DNA of 64,000 nt, from sequence record DRR378314_807; one strand, written 5' to 3'. This document shows, one piece after another, positions 40,800 to 50,103 of the stretch. Under the pieces are notes generated by a model. That model was given only the letters and a program-made list of their open reading frames with translations, had not been told where the DNA came from and searched no databases. The first letter of the stretch is position 1. Every line of letters starts with the position of its first letter. The translations under genes and the position numbers were made by a program.

Positions 40800-40869
40800 T
40801 ATGAGGATGCATATCGCCCGCTTATGAGCTCTTTTGATGCGGGTCAGTTAAGCTCAGAAAGCGAAACCG

Positions 40870-40903
40870 GCGTCACCAAACTGTCACAACCGGAGGTTAG
40901 AGT
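40870..40903 (+). promoter_or_regulatory. Pho box and -10 for the GGDEF-like/AraC pair
   Basis: GCGTCAC-CAAA-CTGTCAC (11-bp direct repeat), 10 bp, TAGAGT. Confidence 0.65.
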
Positions 40904-40939
40904 GTCTTTGTTCTAAAACCGAGATATGCAGAGACTTCA

Positions 40940-41845
40940 ATGCGATTGATTAATTTACGCTATATCAGCAACTGGCGAGTTCTGCTCATTGCCGTAGTGG
41001 TTCTGATTTGTTTGCTGCTTAGCAGTCAACTGGGTGTCGTTAAACCCTATGAAATCGTTGATCCGCTGGACATTCTTGGTGAGGGCTCGACCCTGTTCCT
41101 GACCATTTTAATTGTCATATTTACGGTTACTGACCGGCCTCGGGGTAATGTAACCAACCTCTTTTACAGCGGTGGTCTATTACTTATTTTTTCCATGACG
41201 CTGGACGTACTAGATGAATTTTTTCGCTATCCCGATGCCCTGCGGTTATTAAGCTGGCTGGAGTCCTTTCCGCTTCCGGTGGGGCTTATTATCATTAGTT
41301 TTGCCGCAGCTGAATGGCGGCGTGAAAACAAAATGCTGTCGCGACAACTTATGGTACGCGAAAAGAACCTGCGGTCTCATCAGTGGGTCGACCCTTTAAC
41401 CTCGCTGTACACCACTCCTTACTTTATCAAGCTGGTTGAACGGGAAATAGCGTTACAAAACAGTACTGATGCAGATTCGACTGTACTGGTTAGCGTTAAT
41501 TTCAAGAACTTCGCCCAGTATAATCATGAAATGGGTACAAAAGCCGGAGACGAATTCCTGCATCAGGCTAGCGAGTTAATGGTGTTACTGCTAAGGCCTC
41601 AGGACTGTCTGTGTCGGGAACACAGTGACCATTTCCTGATACTGCTTCCGCAAACTCGCCTGTCTCAGGCCGAAAGGTTAATGAAAGTTATAGCTCAGAA
41701 CCTAAACTCCGAACTAGAGTTACCCAATTACATGAGTGTGGAAGTGCATACTCACCACGTTGAAGAACTCTCAGCTGTTGATGCAATTACTGCATTACAC
41801 ACGCAAGTTGAGGAGATGACTCACTATGCGCCCCTGGCCAACTAG
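40940..41845 (+). CDS. Membrane protein with a degenerate GGDEF domain
   Basis: About 4 TM helices, DPLTSLY, NHEMGTKAGDEFL; active-site position reads REHSDHF instead of RxGGDEF. Confidence 0.82.
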   Translation: MRLINLRYISNWRVLLIAVVVLICLLLSSQLGVVKPYEIVDPLDILGEGSTLFLTILIVIFTVTDRPRGNVTNLFYSGGLLLIFSMTLDVLDEFFRYPDALRLLSWLESFPLPVGLIIISFAAAEWRRENKMLSRQLMVREKNLRSHQWVDPLTSLYTTPYFIKLVEREIALQNSTDADSTVLVSVNFKNFAQYNHEMGTKAGDEFLHQASELMVLLLRPQDCLCREHSDHFLILLPQTRLSQAERLMKVIAQNLNSELELPNYMSVEVHTHHVEELSAVDAITALHTQVEEMTHYAPLAN

Positions 41846-42884
41846 CGACCAACGCCGTTTGCTTGGTAAGCCCTTTATTCGGGCGCTGCTGCCACTTGCC
41901 GAGAGGCGCGGCATTTCCTCTTCGGAGCTTTTCAGGGGCACCTTATTATCTGAACAAAAACTGCAGATAAACAACTTTCGGCTAACCGATCATGAAATGC
42001 TGTCGTTACTGGCGTCTGCCGAAGAAAAAATTAACGACCCGCACTTGTGGCAATTGGTTGTAGAAACTCTGTTCAGTGACAGACTGAACCCACTGATTGA
42101 CCTGACCGTTCACGCAAAAACACTAAAGCAGGCGCTTATTCATTTGTCGCGCTTTCAAAGCCTGCTACAGCCCTTTTTATTTACCCCCACCCAACGCTTT
42201 GAAAATTACTTACAACTGGACTTTATTCCGGTTGAGGGGCTGTCAGGGAAAATGAATCAACTCTGCTATTCTGCCAATTGCAAAATTGGTGTAGCAATAC
42301 TTTTAATGCTGGGCAGAGCTCGAGGCTTAGCTATTAACCAGTGGCATGTTGCTCTGCCTGATGATATTTCGCAATTACCCACCTGGAAAAAATGGGTAAA
42401 AAAGGTGAGTTCACGCCCTATTTGTGGACTCTCTATTCCGGCGGAACAACTTCAGGAACATTCACCTGAGCGCAACTTAGCCCAATATCATCAGGCACTT
42501 AGCTTTTGTCAGATGCAGCATCAGACACAGGCTCAAGCTTCTGTCATGCTAAGCGTTTTTAAGTGGCTGGATTATCAGCTCGAAACAGGCCACGACGCCT
42601 CGCTAACCGAGTTGGCGGCTGAAATTGGAATTAGCCTTTCCTCGTGCAAACGTCTGCTGGCCAGTCATGGCTACAGCTTTCAACAAATATATGACCTGGT
42701 GCGGCTACACAAACTGCTGAACCTGCTGCAAAAGCACCCCTACAGCAATGTCGAGCTTGCGCAGAAGTTGGGGTACAGTAACCCCAACAACTTTCGACGC
42801 GCCTGCAAACGCTGGCTGGGTATTGTCCCGGAAGAGCTGCGCCAGCAGCAATCTGCGCTATTTATTTCCAATTCAGCTTTATGA
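41826..42884 (+). CDS. AraC-family transcriptional regulator
   Basis: C-terminal HTH LAQKLGYSNPNNFRRACKRWLG; N-terminal Arabinose_bd_2-like domain. Confidence 0.9.
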   Translation: MRPWPTSDQRRLLGKPFIRALLPLAERRGISSSELFRGTLLSEQKLQINNFRLTDHEMLSLLASAEEKINDPHLWQLVVETLFSDRLNPLIDLTVHAKTLKQALIHLSRFQSLLQPFLFTPTQRFENYLQLDFIPVEGLSGKMNQLCYSANCKIGVAILLMLGRARGLAINQWHVALPDDISQLPTWKKWVKKVSSRPICGLSIPAEQLQEHSPERNLAQYHQALSFCQMQHQTQAQASVMLSVFKWLDYQLETGHDASLTELAAEIGISLSSCKRLLASHGYSFQQIYDLVRLHKLLNLLQKHPYSNVELAQKLGYSNPNNFRRACKRWLGIVPEELRQQQSALFISNSAL

Positions 42885-43388
42885 TCGGGCTACTCCCTCA
42901 TCTGACAAGTAGGTAACAACAGCACCCGCAATATGCACAACAAGCAAAGCCGGCAGTACGTAAAGGCCGGTAATTTTATGCACTTCTTCCGCCGGTTCGT
43001 GAACAATACTGAGAGCAGTGAGATCAAGATTAACGGTAAACCAGTCAAACACAGCCAGTCCTTCATTTTCAGTAAACAAATACAAGGGACCGGTAATAAT
43101 CAATAGTGTCAGCCCGAGTAAAATCAAATAGTGAACAACTCGGGCAAATTCGTGGCGCCTATCTTGTTTTTTGTGCGCAGGGAAACCCATTTTTAAACGG
43201 TAGATTGTGCGCCAGAGCAAAAACCAGAAGGCAAAAAATCCAACGCCAATATGGGCGGCTTCGGCGTATGAGCCAGAGGCTCTGTCATTTGCAAAAAACA
43301 TCATATAACCCAGAGTCAGCATGACAACCACAAAGATCACGCTGAACCAGTGGTTTATTCGCGACAAACCCGAATATCGAATATCCAT
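42879..43388 (-). CDS. Cytochrome b561 family membrane protein
   Basis: RINHW, AHIGVG, VVHY, VHK and VHI His residues in 4 TM helices. Confidence 0.85.
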   Translation of the reverse strand: MDIRYSGLSRINHWFSVIFVVVMLTLGYMMFFANDRASGSYAEAAHIGVGFFAFWFLLWRTIYRLKMGFPAHKKQDRRHEFARVVHYLILLGLTLLIITGPLYLFTENEGLAVFDWFTVNLDLTALSIVHEPAEEVHKITGLYVLPALLVVHIAGAVVTYLSDEGVARS

Positions 43389-43417
43389 AACAACTCCAAA
43401 AGGTGTTTAATGACTTG

Positions 43418-43450
43418 AGTATAGGCACACTACCTTAAGGAAATATTAAG
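43418..43450 (-). promoter_or_regulatory. PmrA/QseB/BqsR-type direct-repeat box and -10 for cytochrome b561
   Basis: Minus strand CTTAAT-ATTTC-CTTAAG (43450-43434), 10 bp, TATACT (43423-43418). Confidence 0.75.
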
Positions 43451-43481
43451 CTTATGCGCTCAACGCCGGGAATACAGCCGC

Positions 43482-44825
43482 TTATTGATCCGTATCAAAA
43501 GTTACAATAAAACAGAACTCATCATCGATATGTCGAAAGTTAATCTGAACGCCGAGTTGCTCGGCCAAATTCTTCACAATACTCAGACCCAGTCCGGAGC
43601 CCTCAACATCTAGCTGTTTTCCGCGATAAAACCGCTCGGTAATTCGGTCAATATCAATAACATGGTCTGCAGCGACGCGGTTACAAACAAATATCTGGTT
43701 TTCGGTGACTTCGATTCCGATATGAGAGCCCGGAACCGCATACTTAATTGCGTTATCCAGTGCGTTAGCAAACAAAAGATAGAGGTAACTTTCATCACTT
43801 GTTTGCTGAAACACAGTAGGAAGTTGTGCATGGTAGCTCAGCCCCTTCGATTCCGCAGCGACGTACTGGTCGGCAAGTACCTGCCTGAGAACACTGGCAA
43901 CATTCACTTGCTTTAGCTGTTCAGGTGGCAGCTCAGCTTTAGACAACTGCAATAAGCTTTCAACCAATTTAACCAACCGTTCGGTACTGTCTAGCAGAGG
44001 CTGAAGCTCATTCTGCTGCTCTGAGGTAGCGCTCCCAAGTCGACTCTGAATCTGAGCCTTCAAACTGGCCAAAGGAGTTCTAAGCTCATGAGCTGCATCT
44101 GCGGAAAAACGCTTCTCACGTAAAAACGTTTGCTCTATACGATTTATGTAGTGATTTAAAGAACGTTTTACTAATGCAACTTCCTCTCTGTCGTTATCTT
44201 CAACAAAGGCGGTGTAGTCGTCAGCACGTTTACGCCTTAACTCACCAGCCAAGCGATTAAAGCTGGAGAAGTTCCGGTTGATGGTCCACCATCCCAACCA
44301 AAGCATAAAAGGTAAAATCAGTAATATCGGAATAACTGTATCGACGGTTAAATCCATTCTAAGTTCAGAACGAAAGCCGTCTTCCTGCAACATTAGTATT
44401 CGCTGTCCAGTTGCGTTCTCTAAGCCAAATGCATGCCAAAGTTCGTCTTTCACTCTCTTAACTGAAAAACCCGGGATAAACTCAAAAGCACTGGCATCCG
44501 GGGCGCCTTCAGTTTGCATAAGAAGCAGCTCTTCAGTGTTTTCTATCCTATAAGACAGCTTATCTTCATAGTTGTGCGCACCGATTGATTCAATGATCAC
44601 CCCGGCTTCAGGCAAGCGCTCGGAATTCACGGACATAAATGCAGATAAGGTTTTTGCCTGCTGCAGCATTTCCGCATCAAAGAGTTCATCAACCTCATGG
44701 CTCACTTCAAAGTAAATCCATACTGCTGACAAGGTTGAACTGACAAGGTACAAAAGAGATACAGCGACAAGAATACGCCTACGAATAGAGTTTAGCTTGT
44801 GCCTTACACGCTTAACTAATTGCAT
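43482..44825 (-). CDS. Sensor histidine kinase, QseC/PmrB-like
   Basis: Two TM helices, HEVDELFD periplasmic motif, AAHELRTPL H-box, NALDNAIKY, GSGLGLSIV. Likely start is the ATG at 44825. Confidence 0.93.
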   Translation of the reverse strand: MQLVKRVRHKLNSIRRRILVAVSLLYLVSSTLSAVWIYFEVSHEVDELFDAEMLQQAKTLSAFMSVNSERLPEAGVIIESIGAHNYEDKLSYRIENTEELLLMQTEGAPDASAFEFIPGFSVKRVKDELWHAFGLENATGQRILMLQEDGFRSELRMDLTVDTVIPILLILPFMLWLGWWTINRNFSSFNRLAGELRRKRADDYTAFVEDNDREEVALVKRSLNHYINRIEQTFLREKRFSADAAHELRTPLASLKAQIQSRLGSATSEQQNELQPLLDSTERLVKLVESLLQLSKAELPPEQLKQVNVASVLRQVLADQYVAAESKGLSYHAQLPTVFQQTSDESYLYLLFANALDNAIKYAVPGSHIGIEVTENQIFVCNRVAADHVIDIDRITERFYRGKQLDVEGSGLGLSIVKNLAEQLGVQINFRHIDDEFCFIVTFDTDQ

Positions 44826-45478
44826 TGCAGTCGGTAACCAATACCGCGAATAGTCTGAATCCACTCTTTATGGCCCAGCTTTTTACGTAAATTATGCACA
44901 TGAACCTCCAGCGCGTTACTCTCTACCTGAGCTTCATTCTGAAACACAACCTGCTCGAGCTTGTCACGGCTGTGCACACGTTCCGGTGCGGACATTAATG
45001 CTTTCAGTAGCTCAAATTCGCGTCGGGAAAGGTTAACAGCCAGCCCTTCAACAACAACGGTATGGTTAGCGTCGTCCAAAACAATATCACCCACTTTTAA
45101 CTCCGGGGAAGCATAGCCGCGCTGGCGACGAACCAGCGCGCGCAGACGGGCAGCCAGTTCGTTCATATCGAACGGTTTGATCATATAGTCGTCAGCGCCG
45201 TTATCCAGCTGCTTTACAATTTCACTGGATTGATCTCGCGCTGTCAGAACCAATACAGGCAACGTCATACCCTTTTTTCTGAGGCTGGCCAAAACGCGGG
45301 TTCCGTCTAAATCCGGCAACCCCAAATCCAGAACAACAGCATCGTAGTGAGTTCGGTTTAACTCGCTAATAGCCGCCGCTCCCGTGCGTACCCGCTGAAC
45401 CAGGAACTGACGCTCGGACAAGCCGAGTTCCACAGCCTGTCCTAACATCGCATCATCTTCAACCAGTAACAACTCCAT
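44816..45478 (-). CDS. OmpR-family response regulator, QseB/PmrA-like
   Basis: LLVEDD, LDLGLP, GADDYMIKPF, SNALEVHVHNLRKKLG, TIRGIGY. Confidence 0.95.
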   Translation of the reverse strand: MELLLVEDDAMLGQAVELGLSERQFLVQRVRTGAAAISELNRTHYDAVVLDLGLPDLDGTRVLASLRKKGMTLPVLVLTARDQSSEIVKQLDNGADDYMIKPFDMNELAARLRALVRRQRGYASPELKVGDIVLDDANHTVVVEGLAVNLSRREFELLKALMSAPERVHSRDKLEQVVFQNEAQVESNALEVHVHNLRKKLGHKEWIQTIRGIGYRLQCN

Positions 45479-45486
45479 GCGGCCAA

Positions 45487-46140
45487 TTACCTCTTCAGCT
45501 CGTGATGAATCTTTTTCAGTAACGCCTGAACCTCTTTGCGTCGCTCCGCATCAGCTAATGGTCTTTGTTCCCGCACTTCAGCGCTCAGCGCGTGCTCTGC
45601 GTATTTTCTTGCATCTGAGTACTTGCCCTGTTCATACAGATAGTCGGCGTAAAAGTAGTTAGGGTCAATACCGTCCGGGTTTATTTCCAATGCGCGTTGC
45701 AATAATTCACTGGCTTTGTCGTCGTCACCAAAACCAAACGGCCAGCCGGGAACTTTGTAATATAGCGTGCCGAGGCTTGCATATGCGGAGCCCTGCAAAG
45801 CTTGAGGGTCAAGCTGCAATGCTCTTTGCAGAGATTTTCTAGCGTCTTTTGCCAAACCCAGCGCACTCAATCCACCTTCAGCACCGGCCTGAGTACTTTT
45901 AATAATACCCAGCCAAATATGCGCTTCGGCGTTATCGGGCTCTTGCTCAACCCATTTTTCAGCTTGCGCCGACAGTTCTTCAAACGCTTTTAGCTGCTCG
46001 TCGCCCTCGATCTTATAATTCACTTCAGCCCAGCGTTGCTGAACGCTCAGCAACTGGCTGACTTCTTCTGCAGCAACCGGCGACAGGTAAAGCGTTACAG
46101 CTAACGCCATTGAGGTAACTAATACAGTTATTGGTTTCAT
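45487..46140 (-). CDS. Exported tetratricopeptide-repeat protein
   Basis: Signal peptide (VAA-EE), TPR helices, LGTLYYKVPGWPFGFGD, NPDGIDPNYFY. Confidence 0.85.
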   Translation of the reverse strand: MKPITVLVTSMALAVTLYLSPVAAEEVSQLLSVQQRWAEVNYKIEGDEQLKAFEELSAQAEKWVEQEPDNAEAHIWLGIIKSTQAGAEGGLSALGLAKDARKSLQRALQLDPQALQGSAYASLGTLYYKVPGWPFGFGDDDKASELLQRALEINPDGIDPNYFYADYLYEQGKYSDARKYAEHALSAEVREQRPLADAERRKEVQALLKKIHHELKR

Positions 46141-46934
46141 AGCGATTTTTCCTTGATCAATTGGTGTAATAAAATTCGTGGCTTTTTCATACTGCGGTTA
46201 ACCAGTTCCGGTAACAGCCCGTTAAGCCGGGCAAATAACTTTTCCGGCCAGCCCAGGGTTTTCAGTGGTTGTTGTTGCTCAATTTGATGAACGATTTGTT
46301 GTGCAACCCATTCCGTGGCATCCGCCGAGGTTTTCAACTGTTGGTTTAAACGACTGATAACGCCGTTATTGAGTTGCGTCTGTATTGCTCTGGGGGCGCA
46401 GTAAAGCACTCGTACGTCCTCTGGTTGCAACTCTCGCTGCAGCGCCTCACTAAACCCTCGTAGGCCAAACTTGCTGGCGCAATAAAGTGCCTGCCCCGGA
46501 AAACCAATGGCGCCAAACACTGATCCAATGTTCATTACCCAGCCATGGTTGGCTTTTAGTCGAGGCAGTAATCTCTGAATAAGAGCCACGGGCACGGTTA
46601 GGTTGGTGTCGATAACACGCCGGATATCCTCAGAGGTTGCGTCTTCAAGCAGTCCTTCATGTGTGGTTGCTGCATTATTGATAAGACCGGTAATTCGCAG
46701 GTTCTTCTGCTCAATAAACTGGTACAAATGGCTTATTGCATCGGACTCACAGAGATCCAACACAAAACAGTCCTGCTGCAAATGCGCGGCAAGTGCAGTT
46801 AGCTCGGGCTCTGAGCGTCCTAATAATAAAAGTTTTGCTCCTTTAGCACTAAGCAGCTCGGCAAGTTGAATACCTAGCCCTCCGCATGCGCCCGTCAGTA
46901 CTATGCTTTGTGATTTCCAGTTTATTTTGCTCAT
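46137..46934 (-). CDS. Short-chain dehydrogenase/reductase
   Basis: TGACGGLG, INNAA, YCASKFGLRG. Confidence 0.92.
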   Translation of the reverse strand: MSKINWKSQSIVLTGACGGLGIQLAELLSAKGAKLLLLGRSEPELTALAAHLQQDCFVLDLCESDAISHLYQFIEQKNLRITGLINNAATTHEGLLEDATSEDIRRVIDTNLTVPVALIQRLLPRLKANHGWVMNIGSVFGAIGFPGQALYCASKFGLRGFSEALQRELQPEDVRVLYCAPRAIQTQLNNGVISRLNQQLKTSADATEWVAQQIVHQIEQQQPLKTLGWPEKLFARLNGLLPELVNRSMKKPRILLHQLIKEKSL

Positions 46935-47608
46935 ACACTCGCTTCCGGTTGTTCATCCGCAAGCTCCGGCAAAGCTCTGAACATATCGCCATACAAGCGA
47001 TAAACGTGTTTAGCGGTTTGAATAATGGCGCGCTGCGCGTCGGCGTCTTCAATTCGGTTCATCAGTTGCTCAAAAAACTGAACGTGCTCCTGATCCAGGT
47101 CTCCGTGGGACAGCAAATAACTAAAAGCTGACTCCGGCAAGCCAAGTGTGCTCTGGATTTTATGTGCGGCGGCCGTTGCCAGCTTCACGCTGGTTCCTTC
47201 CAGTACGTGTGCCATGCCAAAGAACGCCGTAGGATGCACATTGTCTATCGCGTTATAAACCAAAGACACCATGGCCTGTGTTGATGTATGGGGTTCTGAA
47301 TTCTGTACCATATCCACATCGCCGCCAGCGGCATCGAGGTCGTTGAGTATCCAGCGCTCATGACCATATTCTTCGCCAATGTATTCAATAACCGCTTTGC
47401 GTAACCACTCATCGTTTAGCGACAGGCGGCTGCCACAGCGCATAAGCAATGGAACCGTATGCTTTACATGATGGTAAGCCTGACTTAAAAAAGCCTGATA
47501 ACGAGGCAATGAAATATCGCCCTGCAATGCCTGTTGAATAGGTTTTGCGCTCAGCAAATACTGCTGTTCTGTCTGGGTCTGCTCACATAAAGTGTTAAAA
47601 AAGGACAT
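46931..47608 (-). CDS. Haem-oxygenase-like diiron oxidase/oxygenase (iron-containing redox enzyme, TenA/CADD fold)
   Basis: AYHHVKHT, EEYGHE, VLEG and HGDLDQEH provide the E/H/E/H/D/H-type ligand set. Confidence 0.85.
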   Translation of the reverse strand: MSFFNTLCEQTQTEQQYLLSAKPIQQALQGDISLPRYQAFLSQAYHHVKHTVPLLMRCGSRLSLNDEWLRKAVIEYIGEEYGHERWILNDLDAAGGDVDMVQNSEPHTSTQAMVSLVYNAIDNVHPTAFFGMAHVLEGTSVKLATAAAHKIQSTLGLPESAFSYLLSHGDLDQEHVQFFEQLMNRIEDADAQRAIIQTAKHVYRLYGDMFRALPELADEQPEASV

Positions 47609-47617
47609 AAAATACCT

Positions 47618-48967
47618 CTATAGCGTTAATAGCTCGGAATAGTCGTTAGCAATTTGCTGACGACGAAGACGTCCGGTTCCGGTCAACTGTTGGTTGGCCT
47701 GAGAAAAAGGTTCAGTGATAAGAAAATACCGCTCGATTTGCGCGTAGTCAGGAAGCTGCTGATTAACCGCTTTAACACGAGCGGCAACAGAGTCGATGTT
47801 TTCAGGAGAATATAGCAGCGCGGTAATGGGTAACTCTTCCGATCCCAAAATAGCCGCTTGTCGGATGTTGGGCTGCAGGCTCAAAAGGGCTTCTGGCCAC
47901 TCAGGGTCAACATTGCGCCCAAACGCCGTAATAATAATATTCTTAATACGCCCGCCAATGCGCAGGTTGCCCTCAGCATCCCATGAGCCAAGGTCGCCAG
48001 TTCTTATCCTTTTCGGATACCAGGAGTCCGGCTCACCCAGGTAACCCAGCATGCAGTTGCCGGAGACCACAACTTCGCCTTCATCAATAGTCACCTGTGC
48101 ATGAGGTAGCGGCTTGCCAACCGAAGCGACAACCGGACGGTCGGGTGAGTTCAATGCGACAACAGAACAAAACTCTGACAGTCCGTAGCCGTGAACCAGC
48201 GGCAGGCCTAATGCCAATGCTTTTGACTCCAACGGCAGGGGTAATTTTGCGCCACCTATCGCTAACAACTTGAACTGCTGACTATCTAACAAACCTTGCT
48301 CAACACCCGATACAATAGCCGCTAACAGTGCAGGCGTTAGAATTAGGCTATCCGGTTGGTAGAGCCGTAGCGCAGCAAAAAAAGACTCTGCACAGAGTGA
48401 TGATGATCCTTTCAGCCCCAGAGTTTCTGAACCAACCAGAACCACTTCATTACCTAGCCAAAGCGATAGATACACCCCGGCGATATTTTCCAGCAATACA
48501 GCAAGCGGCATCAGTACCATATGCCGCTTAACCTTCACCACTCCCAGACGCTCCGCCAGTGCTTTCACTGTTTCCATCTGAGACGCGGCAGCAAGACAAA
48601 CTCCTTTAGGTTCACCGGTTGTTCCTGAGGTATAGGTAATTTTAGCTGTCATCGACGGCAATTGCGGCGACGACAAGGTTTGCTGAACCAAATGCTGCTT
48701 CTGCTGTTCAGTAAAAAATGGTGGTACCGGGACACTGACTTTTCCAGCCCACAGCAGCGCCAGGTCATCCATCACCCAATCAATGGAGTTGGGTTTGTCG
48801 ATAAGAACAACAGGGTCTGGCTGTTGCAGGTAATAGTCGCGTCGGGCGGCCACCCGACTAAGTAACGTGTGGTAAGTAATAGCCGTTTGCTCGTCACTTA
48901 AAGCAATCTGATTTGGATTACTTTTTGCGTGCGCTTGCAGTTGGTCAAAAAACTTAGTTACAGGCAT
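47618..48967 (-). CDS. AMP-binding adenylate-forming enzyme (acyl-CoA ligase-like)
   Basis: TYTSGTTGEPKG, HGYGLSE, RTGDLG, GRIKN; A10 region reads TGTGRLRR. Confidence 0.92.
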   Translation of the reverse strand: MPVTKFFDQLQAHAKSNPNQIALSDEQTAITYHTLLSRVAARRDYYLQQPDPVVLIDKPNSIDWVMDDLALLWAGKVSVPVPPFFTEQQKQHLVQQTLSSPQLPSMTAKITYTSGTTGEPKGVCLAAASQMETVKALAERLGVVKVKRHMVLMPLAVLLENIAGVYLSLWLGNEVVLVGSETLGLKGSSSLCAESFFAALRLYQPDSLILTPALLAAIVSGVEQGLLDSQQFKLLAIGGAKLPLPLESKALALGLPLVHGYGLSEFCSVVALNSPDRPVVASVGKPLPHAQVTIDEGEVVVSGNCMLGYLGEPDSWYPKRIRTGDLGSWDAEGNLRIGGRIKNIIITAFGRNVDPEWPEALLSLQPNIRQAAILGSEELPITALLYSPENIDSVAARVKAVNQQLPDYAQIERYFLITEPFSQANQQLTGTGRLRRQQIANDYSELLTL

Positions 48968-49560
48968 GACGCAGCCCCTGCTGTCGACCTGAAAACAGAC
49001 GCAGGGCGTTGCTTAGTGAATAACGCATGCCCCTGGCTCAGCCAACCACCCAGCACAAGCGGTGTGTGCTCATAGTAATTGCCCCATATATCGCGGACAG
49101 ACTCGGGCAAAGCGTTTTTCTTAGCTTCGGCTAAAAGAGTTAATTCTATGCCTTGTCTCGCAAAATACTTTTGCAGAGCCCGGGTTGCAGTGAAGACAAC
49201 AGCGGTAATTCCTCTCGACAAGAGAGAATCGATAACCGCCTGAAACAGCAAAGGTAAATAAGGCGGTGCCAGAGCGGCCATTGAACCGACTTCAGCTATA
49301 TTTTCAAGCGCTGGCATCGGCTTGTTGCCAACAGAGTATTGTTGCAATGGCTTATCGAGATAGAACTCTGAAAACAACGGCTTTTGTTCAGCAAACTGAA
49401 TACCACATGCCGCAACCAGAGTGTCGTTTTCGTACAGGGCTAGCAGCACCTCGGGCAGTTGACTAAGGCAGGCATTAAAATTAAGCCAGTAGCGTTCACA
49501 GATAAATGCCTCAACCGACGACCGGTTAGCCTGTGTTGTTGTAACCCATTGGTAGCGCAT
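48958..49560 (-). CDS. 'Thermostable hemolysin' (delta-VPH) family protein, probable acyltransferase fold
   Basis: FICERY..F.A, PLFSEFYLD.P, EVGSMAA, VFTAT, WGNYYEHTP. ATG at 49560 with AGGAG SD. Confidence 0.85.
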   Translation of the reverse strand: MRYQWVTTTQANRSSVEAFICERYWLNFNACLSQLPEVLLALYENDTLVAACGIQFAEQKPLFSEFYLDKPLQQYSVGNKPMPALENIAEVGSMAALAPPYLPLLFQAVIDSLLSRGITAVVFTATRALQKYFARQGIELTLLAEAKKNALPESVRDIWGNYYEHTPLVLGGWLSQGHALFTKQRPASVFRSTAGAASCL

Positions 49561-49612
49561 GACGATTACTCCTTTTCCAGCGGACATCGCTGACAGAATC
49601 ATTCATGCTGCT

Positions 49613-49655
49613 ACTGTATGAGCGTTTACTTAAGAGAACCTTAAGGGCTATTAAG
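49613..49655 (-). promoter_or_regulatory. PmrA/QseB/BqsR-type boxes and -10 for the seven-gene operon
   Basis: Minus strand CTTAAT-AGCC-CTTAAG-GTTCT-CTTAAG (49655-49629), 10 bp, TACAGT (49618-49613). Confidence 0.8.
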
Positions 49656-49704
49656 GAATAGTGGAGCGTTAGTTTGTAGAAAGTTCCTGAACATACCCAA
49701 TAAA

Positions 49705-50064
49705 TCAAAAAAACAGAATGCTAACCCAGACCACGAGCATAAACAGTAGGGCAAAAAATACCGCTGCCGAGGCTAAATCTTTCGATCTTCCGCTAAGTTC
49801 GTGGAACTCTGCCCCAACGCGGTCAACAACAGCTTCTACCGCCGAATTAAGAAGCTCAGTAATGAGCAGAATAAAAAGACTTGCAAGCAATAGCAGCCGC
49901 TCAGCCAACGATGCTTCAACGTAAAAAGCAACTGGAACCAAAATCAAACACATTAGTGCTTCCTGTCGAAAGGCCGCCTCGTACTGCCACGCACTTTTAA
50001 GGCCTCGCAGCGAATTGAAAGTTGCGTACCAAATTCGTTCTAAGCCTTTCTTTCCCGGTTTCAT
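49705..50064 (-). CDS. dgkA: Diacylglycerol kinase
   Basis: EAAFRQE, ELLNSAVEAVVDR, HELSGRSKDLASAAV. Confidence 0.95.
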   Translation of the reverse strand: MKPGKKGLERIWYATFNSLRGLKSAWQYEAAFRQEALMCLILVPVAFYVEASLAERLLLLASLFILLITELLNSAVEAVVDRVGAEFHELSGRSKDLASAAVFFALLFMLVVWVSILFF

Positions 50065-50103
50065 TCTATCGCCCTCTTAGCCATCAACATCTTTAAATAA
50101 CTT

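Noticed and set aside
40940-41845. Active diguanylate cyclase
   Set aside because: The GG(D/E)EF motif is replaced by HSDHF.
48958-49560. Reading the 'thermostable hemolysin' as a secreted toxin
   Set aside because: No signal peptide or secretion genes, and it is coupled to biosynthetic enzymes; the family name alone is not evidence of function.
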